A stretch of DNA of 44,640 bases, from positions 1 through 44,640 of the forward strand of contig CAZDDB010000003.1 in NCBI GenBank assembly GCA_964504105.1, written 5' to 3'. The stretch comes from an uncultured Acidobacteriota bacterium (GTDB lineage Bacteria > Acidobacteriota > HRBIN11 > JAKEFK01). The notes under the pieces are model-generated. The model was not told the origin of the DNA and searched no databases. It worked only from the letters and a program-made list of their open reading frames with translations. The translations under genes were made by a program, and so were the position numbers. Shown in pieces: positions 18,964-26,397 of the stretch; position 1 is the first letter of the stretch, and every line of letters begins with the position of its first letter.

Positions 18964-19034
18964 ACCACGAAGAACACGAAGTACACGAAGAGAAAACATA
19001 TTCACGCCTTCGTGTTCTTCGTGCCCTTCGTGGT
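18964..19034. repeat. REP-like element family C (CACGAAG-rich inverted arms)
   Basis: ACCACGAAGAACACGAAGTACACGAAG (18964..18990) versus CTTCGTGTTCTTCGTGCCCTTCGTGGT (19008..19034). Contains the mazG stop codon. Possible degenerate half-copy at about 16484..16520. Confidence 0.75.
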
Positions 19035-19928
19035 TGGATTCTCGTCTTTCTTCCGTTTGATTTTTGTCCAGATCGCGTCCAATTCCAAAAGAGAAAGATC
19101 AGCAAGTGTTTTGCCCGCCCGCTCCACTTCGAGCTCCAGCAGGGCGAACCGTTTTCGAAATTTGGCGTTCGCCTCACGCAGCGCGTCCTCCGGATTGATC
19201 TTGTTTTTGCGCGCAACGTTTGTCAGTGTAAAGAGTAAGTCACCGAGCTCTTCCTGTTTCTCTTTGCGCGATCCGGCGCGGCGGAATTCCCCGGCTTCTT
19301 CATCAAATTTCTTCCAGACATCCTTCTCTGTTTTCCAGTCAAAGCCAACCCGCGCTACTTTAGACGAGATCAGGTTTGCCTGCAAGAGGGCAGGCAAATG
19401 AATCGGCACGCCCTGCAAAAGTGAACGCCTTCTTCCTTGTTCCGAAAGCTGCTTTTGCTTCATTGATTCCCAGCTTGCCAACGCGCGTTCCGGCGTCTTC
19501 GCTTTCACGTCCGCAAAAACATGCGGATGACGCGCGATCATCTTGTGAACCAGGTGTTCCATGACATCTAATAAAGTAAAAGCACGCCGCTCCTGCATCA
19601 TCTGGCAAAGAAAGACAATCTGAAACAGCAGGTCTCCCATCTCTTCTTTCATGTCCATCACGTTTTCTTCATCAAGAGCCTGCAAAAGCTCATAGGTCTC
19701 TTCCAGCAAATATTGCCGGAGGTCTTTCAGCGACTGAGCGCGATCCCATGGACAGCCATTCTCGGAACGAAGGGTGTACATGAGGTCAACGAGCTTCTCA
19801 AACTGGAGCCCTATGGCTCTCGAGTGCGGATTCTTTTTCAGTTTTTTCACTTTCGTCAATTGATTTTGGAGGGCAGGCGTCCCTGCCTGCGCAAGGCTTG
19901 CGAGAAGGCCTCCGTTGCCGGCGGGCAC
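19002..19928 (-). CDS. mazG: nucleoside triphosphate pyrophosphohydrolase MazG
   Basis: LRSENGCPWDRAQSLKDLRQYLLEETYELLQA plus a second MazG repeat. The maximal ORF starts at GTG 19928, inside REP family A. The real start is probably TTG 19859 or GTG 19850. The C-terminal tail is encoded by REP family C. Confidence 0.8.
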   Translation of the reverse strand: MPAGNGGLLASLAQAGTPALQNQLTKVKKLKKNPHSRAIGLQFEKLVDLMYTLRSENGCPWDRAQSLKDLRQYLLEETYELLQALDEENVMDMKEEMGDLLFQIVFLCQMMQERRAFTLLDVMEHLVHKMIARHPHVFADVKAKTPERALASWESMKQKQLSEQGRRRSLLQGVPIHLPALLQANLISSKVARVGFDWKTEKDVWKKFDEEAGEFRRAGSRKEKQEELGDLLFTLTNVARKNKINPEDALREANAKFRKRFALLELEVERAGKTLADLSLLELDAIWTKIKRKKDENPTTKGTKNTKA

Positions 19929-19940
19929 GGAGGCCCGCCC
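19920..19940 (-). repeat. REP-like motif family A, reverse orientation
   Basis: GGCGGGCACGGAGGCCCGCCC between the PP2C stop (19944) and the apparent mazG start. A short hairpin GGCAGG-CGTC-CCTGCC lies at 19872..19887. Confidence 0.7.
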
Positions 19941-19943
19941 TCC

Positions 19944-21737
19944 TCACAGTTGGGGCTGTACCAAACGTTTCAACAAGATGAACGTCGTGTCGTCACCCTG
20001 GGGCTGGTCCTGCCGGTGTTCCTGCAGTGCACAGACCAGGGCCTCTTTGACCGCATCCACGGATAATCCTGCATTTTCCTTCAGCACCCGGATAATTTTT
20101 TCCACACCAAACTCCTCTTCCCGGTCATCAATCATTTCGGAAACTCCGTCCGTATAAAGAATCATTGTATCCCCGGGATCCAGCTGGTAGGTGGCGGTAC
20201 GATACGCAGCATCCTTGAAGAATCCAAGAACAGTCCCGCCCGTCTCGAGACGGTCGACATTCCCATTCGTTTTCACAACAAGCGGGTAGCAGTGTCCGGC
20301 ATTCACGTAGGAAAGACGGTGCGTTTCGTGATTCAATATGCCGTAAAAAAAAGTCACATATTTGTTGGACTGGCTGTTGCAGAGAAGCTGGTTGATCTTT
20401 ACAATCGTGAGCACCGGATCCACGATTTCCATGGCAGCGATCGTCCGCAGGGAAGCCTGCAGACACGCCATGATTAGCGCCGCAGGAGTACCTTTTCCGG
20501 AAACATCGCCGATGGCAATTCCAACTTTCAGTTCTGAAATAGGAAGAAAATCAAAGTAATCTCCCGCAACGGAATAGCACGGGTGAAACACGGAAGCAAT
20601 TTCATAACCATCGATTTCCGGAGAGGCGTGAGGAAGCAATCCTACTTGAATATCGCGGGCGATCGCCAGTTCCCGTTCCATTCGCTGCTTTTCAATCATG
20701 GCCAGTTGCATTCGCGCATTTTCCTCCGAAACCAGAGCCAGGCTTGCCAGAGTCGCAATGAAATCGAAATCCTCCTGGCCAAAGGGTTTCTTGCTTCTCT
20801 TTTCACCCAGAAGGATCACACCGCGAATCTCGCCATTGAGGCTCATGGGAACAAGGAGATGCACACGAGCTTCGGCCAGAACGTCCCGCAGAATCCCGTG
20901 CAGCATTCCCTCCACGTAAACCGGAATGGTTCCCCCGGAAAAGAATGTCGCGACCGGCATCTCACCGATTGCTGCAATCGTATCCTGTTCAAGCTTGAAT
21001 CCTCTTTGAAACTTCAGCTGGAATCCGTTCGCCGAGATGGAAATGACGGAGCAACGCGAGATCATGAGTTGTCCGATCAGGGAGCTTCCCAGAATCCGGA
21101 AAATCGTTTCCGGATCCCAGACCGCATGAAAGTCTTTACTGAGTTCAAACAGCGTATTGAGTTGATAGATCTTCAAATTGAGCTGCCGATTGAGTAAACT
21201 CAACGTCTGATTGGTGCGCGCGTTGGCCAGCGCGCCCGCGCACATTTGAACAAGCGATGAAGACGTCTGCAATTCTTCCCGTGAATAGGGATGCCCCGCG
21301 CTCTTTTCGCCGAGGCCAACAACCGCAAGAACCTGGTTGCTGTGGTGGATCGGATACAATACTTGCAATTGCAGCGATTCCATTAGATCGATCCAATCTC
21401 CGCAATCTTCCCGGCTGTAGTATTCGGCAAAAGGAGGTTCTACTGTGCATTTCCAGTTGAGACAGGAGTCTTTGGAGCGATACCCTCTGGTCTCCACGAC
21501 ATCAAATCCTGATTCAGTCTGAAGGAGAAACACGGAACGCCGGGACGCAGTATGCCCCATCAAGGTCAGCACCAGAAGATGAGCGATTTCTTCCACACCG
21601 GAAATCTGATTCAAGCTTGCGGAAAAATCGAAAACCAGCATCAGGTTTGAGAGACGCTTCTCAATTTCCGGATCGGTAAGCCGTTTCGCCTTGAACGAAT
21701 CAATCATGTTCCTGTAATCAAATGAGGAGGATGTCAT
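19944..21737 (-). CDS. GAF-domain PP2C (SpoIIE/RsbU-type) serine phosphatase
   Basis: 597 aa. Two GAF-like regions, then AGDYFDFLP and AIGDVSGKGTPAALIMA, with DDTTFILLK at the C-terminus. Confidence 0.85.
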   Translation of the reverse strand: MTSSSFDYRNMIDSFKAKRLTDPEIEKRLSNLMLVFDFSASLNQISGVEEIAHLLVLTLMGHTASRRSVFLLQTESGFDVVETRGYRSKDSCLNWKCTVEPPFAEYYSREDCGDWIDLMESLQLQVLYPIHHSNQVLAVVGLGEKSAGHPYSREELQTSSSLVQMCAGALANARTNQTLSLLNRQLNLKIYQLNTLFELSKDFHAVWDPETIFRILGSSLIGQLMISRCSVISISANGFQLKFQRGFKLEQDTIAAIGEMPVATFFSGGTIPVYVEGMLHGILRDVLAEARVHLLVPMSLNGEIRGVILLGEKRSKKPFGQEDFDFIATLASLALVSEENARMQLAMIEKQRMERELAIARDIQVGLLPHASPEIDGYEIASVFHPCYSVAGDYFDFLPISELKVGIAIGDVSGKGTPAALIMACLQASLRTIAAMEIVDPVLTIVKINQLLCNSQSNKYVTFFYGILNHETHRLSYVNAGHCYPLVVKTNGNVDRLETGGTVLGFFKDAAYRTATYQLDPGDTMILYTDGVSEMIDDREEEFGVEKIIRVLKENAGLSVDAVKEALVCALQEHRQDQPQGDDTTFILLKRLVQPQL

Positions 21738-21753
21738 CGGAAATTACAAACTA

Positions 21754-21878
21754 CAAGCATCAAATTCCAAACAAATTCAAAATCACAAATTCGAATGCTC
21801 CAAACACCGAATCGAGAGACTTTGGAACATTATTATTTGGAATTTGTTTGGAGTTTGTTTTTTGAGATTTGATGCTTG
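21754..21878. repeat. AT-rich REP-like element family E (CAAGCATCAAAT / CCAAACAAATTC units, inverted)
   Basis: Left CAAGCATCAAATTCCAAACAAATTC (21754..21778). Right end ATTTGATGCTTG (21867..21878). Inner GAATTTGTTTGGA (21840..21852) is the exact reverse complement of 21766..21778. Confidence 0.7.
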
Positions 21879-21900
21879 ACCCATCTGCTGGCGCCACAGA

Positions 21901-22338
21901 CTACTTTTTCAAGTACTTAATCATACAACATTCTGACTGACGCGGACCCGTTTTGTAAGTCACTTCATCCATACATCGTTTCATGATCAATACGCCCAGG
22001 CCGCCTTTCTTCTTTTGTTTGTAGAAGTGCGAAAAATCGTCCGCTTGCGCCCCGGTCGATGTTGCGTCCTGGTCTCCGCTATGTAAAATCCGAACGCGAA
22101 AACATTCCCCTTTCATCTCGTAAATCACGTGCATCTTACGGTCGGATTTGCCGTGATAAGCATGCTCGATTACGTTTGTGAGCGCCTCCTCCACGGCGAG
22201 CGCCGCCTTCTCTGATTCACGAACGGCAAAACCCATGGATTCGGCCAGCGTCTTCGTCAACAGACCCATCGCATGCAGGTGCTTGGTCCTGCTCGGAATC
22301 TTGATCTCAACGATTTCGCCTGAATGGTTCCTTTCCAT
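21901..22338 (-). CDS. anti-sigma-factor-type serine kinase (RsbW/SpoIIAB-like, HATPase_c)
   Basis: 145 aa. N-box AVEEALTNVIEHAY and G-box KKGGLGVLIMKRCMDEV. Confidence 0.8.
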   Translation of the reverse strand: MERNHSGEIVEIKIPSRTKHLHAMGLLTKTLAESMGFAVRESEKAALAVEEALTNVIEHAYHGKSDRKMHVIYEMKGECFRVRILHSGDQDATSTGAQADDFSHFYKQKKKGGLGVLIMKRCMDEVTYKTGPRQSECCMIKYLKK

Positions 22339-22346
22339 TTGATTCC

Positions 22347-22703
22347 CTAACGGGAGGCCTCCGAAAAACTGCCGATTGCTTTCTCTTCCGATTCAAAAAT
22401 CGAATACAGTTGAGTAAACCCCAACACGTCGAAGATGTTGAAAACGGTTTCGTTCATCTGGCACATCCGGATATCCCCTTTATTTTCCCGGATCGTATCG
22501 ATGTAACCCATGATGGCGCCCAATCCGGCGCTGGCGATGTAAGCAAGCTCCCGGCAATTGATCACAATGTTGTTCTGGTTCTGATCTATTAACCGTTGGA
22601 TCGCCGTTTCAAAATCTTTTGCCGTATGCGCGTTGATATATCCGATTGGTTCGACTACAGCAACGCCTTCTTTCGAATGAACTTCAATTCTCAAATCTGT
22701 CAT
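22347..22703 (-). CDS. STAS-domain anti-sigma-factor antagonist (RsbV/SpoIIAA-like)
   Basis: Inner ATG (GAGGT 8 nt upstream) of ORF 22347..22790. LAYIASAGLGAIM contains the phosphorylatable Ser context. Confidence 0.8.
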   Translation of the reverse strand: MTDLRIEVHSKEGVAVVEPIGYINAHTAKDFETAIQRLIDQNQNNIVINCRELAYIASAGLGAIMGYIDTIRENKGDIRMCQMNETVFNIFDVLGFTQLYSIFESEEKAIGSFSEASR

Positions 22704-22778
22704 ACTGAATACCTCGGTCAAAATCCGGACCTCTATCATTATATTCACTTCAACCGGTTTCGGTGTCGGGGCACCCGC

Positions 22779-22806
22779 TTGAGTTGACAACCAGGCCTGC
22801 TATAAT
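22779..22806 (+). promoter_or_regulatory. sigma70-like promoter candidate TTGAGT-N16-TATAAT
   Basis: Perfect -10 TATAAT at 22801..22806 and -35-like TTGAGT at 22779..22784. ATG 22823 is only about 10 nt from the predicted TSS, with no SD. Confidence 0.45.
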
Positions 22807-22822
22807 AGCGCCAGGGTCAACG

Positions 22823-23113
22823 ATGTTTCGATGCCATAGGTGTCACAAGGAGGTCTCCGCCGCCTCTCCGTTGCGGCACCACGAGCTTTGCCCCTATTGT
22901 TCCACGGCTCTCCATTCTTGCTTGAACTGTCTATATTATGACGAATTCTCCCCCAATAAATGTTCCGAACCGGCAGCCGATTGGGTGCCTGACAAGGAAA
23001 AAGCGAACTTTTGCGAGTTTTTCGAACTTACGCAACCTCAGATCCTGAAGAAGCAGATGGAAGTGGACAAGGCCAAGGCGTACTGGGAATCCCTCTGGAA
23101 AAAAGCGCAATAA
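22823..23113 (+). CDS. small Cys-rich zinc-ribbon protein, unknown function
   Basis: Inner ATG of ORF 22763..23113. CHRCH...CPYC...CLNC...C...C pattern (MFRCHRCHKEV, ELCPYCSTALHSCLNCLYYDEFSPNKC, NFCEFF). Confidence 0.55.
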   Translation: MFRCHRCHKEVSAASPLRHHELCPYCSTALHSCLNCLYYDEFSPNKCSEPAADWVPDKEKANFCEFFELTQPQILKKQMEVDKAKAYWESLWKKAQ

Positions 23114-23132
23114 GACGGATTCATCTGGTGGT

Positions 23133-23177
23133 TTTATTTCCTATCTCCGCGGGCTCTGCGCCTCGGCGGTGAAATCC
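23133..23177. repeat. REP-like family B, right-arm half-copy
   Basis: TTTATTTCCTATCTCCGCGGGCTCTGCGCCTCGGCGGTGAAATCC closely resembles 11471..11515 by eye. Lies between convergent gene ends. Confidence 0.65.
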
Positions 23178-24101
23178 TTAACCTCGAAAGTAGTGGCGGG
23201 CGAATTCAACATCCCGGTGAATCTGGGATTTCAGATCCTCTACGGAAGCAAAACGGATTTCTTCACGAATCCGCACCAGGAACTGAAGTTCGATCTTCTT
23301 CCCGTAAAGATCGTCCGAAAATTGAAGTAGATGGGATTCAACTGTCCACGTTCTTCCATCGACGGTTGGCCGGAACCCGGCATTTGTAACCGAATCATAG
23401 CGTTGCGAGTCCAGCATCACTTGCGTGACGTACACGCCGTTTGCGGGCCGGATCTCATTCTCAGCACGAAGGTTCGCTGTTGGGATGCCCAGACGTGCTC
23501 CCAGTTTTTCCCCTTCGACGACAGTTCCCGCGAGAGCAAACGGCGATCCCAGGAAACGGTTGGCTTGCTCCATCTCTCCCGCAAGGATGCACTCGCGCAC
23601 AAGTGTAGAGGAAACCCTGCGCTCACCTGCCCGAACTTCCGGCACCGCTTCCACGAAAAAATCATACTCGCGTCCCATCCGGCGGAGTAACTCAATGTTC
23701 CCCCTCTTCCGGTGACCGAAAGAGAAGTGCTCTCCGACAACAAAACAACGGATCCGCAGAGCGCACACCAAAAACTCGCGGACAAAGTCTTCAGGACTTC
23801 TCTGCGCGAAATGCGAATCAAATGCTACGACAATCGTATGATCCAGATGAAGCGATTCCAGCTTGCGCAAGCGCTGCTCCAGGGTTTGAATCAAAGGCGG
23901 GGCAGCCCACGGCGCCAAAACTTTCCTGGGTACGGGATCGAAAGTTACTGCAACGGCGGGAACAGACAATTCATGGGCAGCCGCTACAACCCTGGTCAGA
24001 ATAGCCTGATGACCGATGTGAACACCGTCGTAATTTCCCAGTGAAGCAACCGCGCCGCCCTCTGAAACGGGCCATGCATCGAATCCAAAATGCACCTTCA
24101 T
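23178..24101 (-). CDS. ribF: bifunctional riboflavin kinase / FAD synthetase
   Basis: GNYDGVHIGHQAIL nucleotidyltransferase motif and a riboflavin kinase C-terminus (GIPTANL, ELQFLVRIREE). Confidence 0.9.
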   Translation of the reverse strand: MKVHFGFDAWPVSEGGAVASLGNYDGVHIGHQAILTRVVAAAHELSVPAVAVTFDPVPRKVLAPWAAPPLIQTLEQRLRKLESLHLDHTIVVAFDSHFAQRSPEDFVREFLVCALRIRCFVVGEHFSFGHRKRGNIELLRRMGREYDFFVEAVPEVRAGERRVSSTLVRECILAGEMEQANRFLGSPFALAGTVVEGEKLGARLGIPTANLRAENEIRPANGVYVTQVMLDSQRYDSVTNAGFRPTVDGRTWTVESHLLQFSDDLYGKKIELQFLVRIREEIRFASVEDLKSQIHRDVEFARHYFRG

Positions 24102-24871
24102 GGCTCTGCCATCTCAAACTTCATCCCGTCGTAGGAAAGCTGGACGTGTTCCGGCAGTTCCCCGTTGGTACGGTCATGATCAAAGTCGTGACTGATATGG
24201 GTGAAATAGGCACGTTCCGGCTGCACCCGCTCGATGATTCTCAGCGCCTCGTCCAGATTCAAATGCGTCGGGTGCGGGTCGTACCGCAGAACGCCCAGAA
24301 TCAGAACAGAGGTCCCGCGCAAAAGAGAATATGTATCGGCCGGAATCTCGCTGCAATCGGTGATGTAGCTGAGATTACCGATTCGATATCCGAAGATCGG
24401 CATTCTGCCATGCAAAATGGGCAAAGGCTGAATCGGAATGCCTCCAAATTCGAACCGTTCCCGGATTACGCGAGGCTCAATTCTCGGAATCGATCCCCCG
24501 GGTTGCGGCTGGGTGAACACGTATTTGAATGTATCGCAAATGCTTTCCAGCGTTGGCTCATTCCCAAAACAGGGGATGTGCATCTTCTGATGGAAATTAA
24601 ACGGTCGCAAATCGTCCAGACCCAGAATATGATCTGCGTGAGAATGAGTGTAAAGAACTGCGTCCACGCGGGTCAAACCTTCCCGGATCGCCTGGGCTCG
24701 AAAATCCGTGGCGGTATCTATGACCAGGTTTAACCGGGCGGCGCGGATCAGAAGTGATGGCCTGGTTCTCTTGTTCTTCGGATTGTCCGAAAGACAGACC
24801 CGGCACTCGCATCCGATCGTTGGCACACCCATGGATGTGCCGCTTCCCATAAAGATAACTTCCATATTCAC
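24098..24871 (-). CDS. MBL-fold metallo-hydrolase, PhnP-like
   Basis: HSHADHILGLDDL motif. N-terminal CECRVC cysteine cluster as in PhnP-type phosphodiesterases. ATGA overlap with ribF. Confidence 0.8.
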   Translation of the reverse strand: MNMEVIFMGSGTSMGVPTIGCECRVCLSDNPKNKRTRPSLLIRAARLNLVIDTATDFRAQAIREGLTRVDAVLYTHSHADHILGLDDLRPFNFHQKMHIPCFGNEPTLESICDTFKYVFTQPQPGGSIPRIEPRVIRERFEFGGIPIQPLPILHGRMPIFGYRIGNLSYITDCSEIPADTYSLLRGTSVLILGVLRYDPHPTHLNLDEALRIIERVQPERAYFTHISHDFDHDRTNGELPEHVQLSYDGMKFEMAEP

Positions 24872-24899
24872 CGGGGCATCAGGAATTAAAAACGAAGGA

Positions 24900-26156
24900 T
24901 CAGTTTTCCAGATTTATCACCGGAGCCACCGGTTTTGTTTTTTGCAGGACCCCCGGTTCTTGCGTCAAGGTCCTTTGAAAATGCAACCGGGGTTCCGCCT
25001 TTCCATCCGCTGTATAACCGCTCAAGGTATATGTAATCCCGTCATTGGAATAGAGGTATGGCCTGGAACGAGCGTCAGCGATATTCTCCGGGCCGAGATA
25101 GCGCGCAACTACAAGTTCTTCCAGTTTTACAGGTAGACGTCCGTTCACTTCAAAGTACATCAAGATCGCGGAGTCCACAAGCTGCAAGCGGGTTACATCC
25201 GCGCTGGAGGCAAGAATAGATTCATCTCCCTTTTGAAAGAACCTCAACCAACCAAGTTTCAATGGATCGCCAAGATTCAGGAAGAACAGAGCAGCCAGCG
25301 CAAGTCCCAGAGCCCAAAAAGCGCCCTTACCCGCGGCAGGCGCAACCACAGGAGCCTCCAGTGGAACCGGTTGAACCGCTTGCTGGCTGGAAGAGCGGGG
25401 CGTCGTAACGTATGGTTCAATGATCTTTCGTTCGAGCAGTTCATATAATGCTTTACAGGTATGAAACTCGCCCAGCTTGTTGCTGTCAATAATATCAGCC
25501 ACGGAATTTTTGCCATCCACGAGCCGGTACACCATTTCTTCTTCTTTGCTCAGCCGGATTTTCTCCGATCCATTCGAATCGCTCCGCAAATCTGAGGAAG
25601 CCAGATCGTTCGCGGCCACCAGAGGCCGGAAGATCACGTCGAAATGTGGAATCTTCTTCTGAATCAGCGGCCACTCATCAATCATGTGAATCCCTTCCAT
25701 CAAAATGCTCTCGGCACTCATGGGCGGAATGCTTTCGTCCGAGTCCGGATCCACATGGGATTTTTGGTCAAAGTAATACTCTCCGGAGTTCCATCGAAAC
25801 AGCCGGTAAATCATTTGCGTAACCTGAATTCTCAGGGCCTCTTTCAGTTCGTCCCTGGAGATATACTTCTGGTCGACCAGAATGAACCCGATTTTCTGCA
25901 AGGTCTTCTGCTGATGTTCCAGCGCATCGCGGAGCTGTTCCTGTGTGATCAGCCCCGTTTTCACAAGGACTTTGCCTATCCGATCTTCCAACTTCCTGGG
26001 ACTGTTATCAGCACCGATTACCATACCGCTGTGAAACGTGACGGTCACGGTTTCTTTAGGATTCTTCAGGGTCAAAATTCCAGTCTTGCGTTGAATTCCA
26101 ATCAACTGGAAAATATCCGCCAAACTGAAATCTTCGAGCGTTCCTTCGAGAGCCAT
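24900..26156 (-). CDS. PATAN (DUF4388) / tandem MshEN-like motif / TM / pseudopilin-like ectodomain protein
   Basis: MALEGTLEDFSLADIFQLIGIQRKTGILTL. RIGKVLVKTGLITQEQLRDALEHQ-QKTLQ-KIGFILVDQKYISRDELKEALRIQ. TM GAFWALGLALAALFFLNLG. C-terminus NGRLPVKLEELVVARYLGPENIADARSRPYLYSNDGITYTLSGYTADG. Confidence 0.75.
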   Translation of the reverse strand: MALEGTLEDFSLADIFQLIGIQRKTGILTLKNPKETVTVTFHSGMVIGADNSPRKLEDRIGKVLVKTGLITQEQLRDALEHQQKTLQKIGFILVDQKYISRDELKEALRIQVTQMIYRLFRWNSGEYYFDQKSHVDPDSDESIPPMSAESILMEGIHMIDEWPLIQKKIPHFDVIFRPLVAANDLASSDLRSDSNGSEKIRLSKEEEMVYRLVDGKNSVADIIDSNKLGEFHTCKALYELLERKIIEPYVTTPRSSSQQAVQPVPLEAPVVAPAAGKGAFWALGLALAALFFLNLGDPLKLGWLRFFQKGDESILASSADVTRLQLVDSAILMYFEVNGRLPVKLEELVVARYLGPENIADARSRPYLYSNDGITYTLSGYTADGKAEPRLHFQRTLTQEPGVLQKTKPVAPVINLEN

Positions 26157-26222
26157 AATTTCAAAAGGTTTTTCAGGGGGCAGAAACCATTATAGCAAAT
26201 TGTGGAGGCTGCACGGTGCGCC

Positions 26223-26378
26223 GGGTGCACGACAAATTTGTTGTAGGACTTGAGAAAGCGGTTTGTACCGCTGGCGTCTCGCCGGCCAAAACAGAGATTC
26301 CAGCTCGAGCTCTGCCAGCGTGACGCTGGCGTTACAAACCGTAAACATGCTTTCTTACAACAAATTTGTCGTGCACCC
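26223..26378. mobile_element. MITE-like non-autonomous element (156 bp, 23-bp perfect TIRs)
   Basis: GGGTGCACGACAAATTTGTTGTA (26223..26245) and its exact reverse complement (26356..26378). Flanked by direct repeats CGGTGCGCC (26214..26222 and 26379..26387). The interior has a second imperfect inverted repeat (CGGTTTGTA 26259..26267 / TACAAACCG 26333..26341). No ORF inside. Confidence 0.6.
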
Positions 26379-26397
26379 CGGTGCGCCCCGCAACTGT

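Noticed and set aside
21754-21878. Possible CRISPR-like array (also 30739..30777)
   Set aside because: The repeat units are 7-13 nt, irregular and partly inverted, with no unique spacers of constant length. No cas genes are in the window.
22784-22806. Perfect TTGACA and perfect TATAAT close together
   Set aside because: The spacer is only 11 nt, which is incompatible with a sigma70-type pair. The -10 is kept and paired with TTGAGT at a 16-nt spacing.
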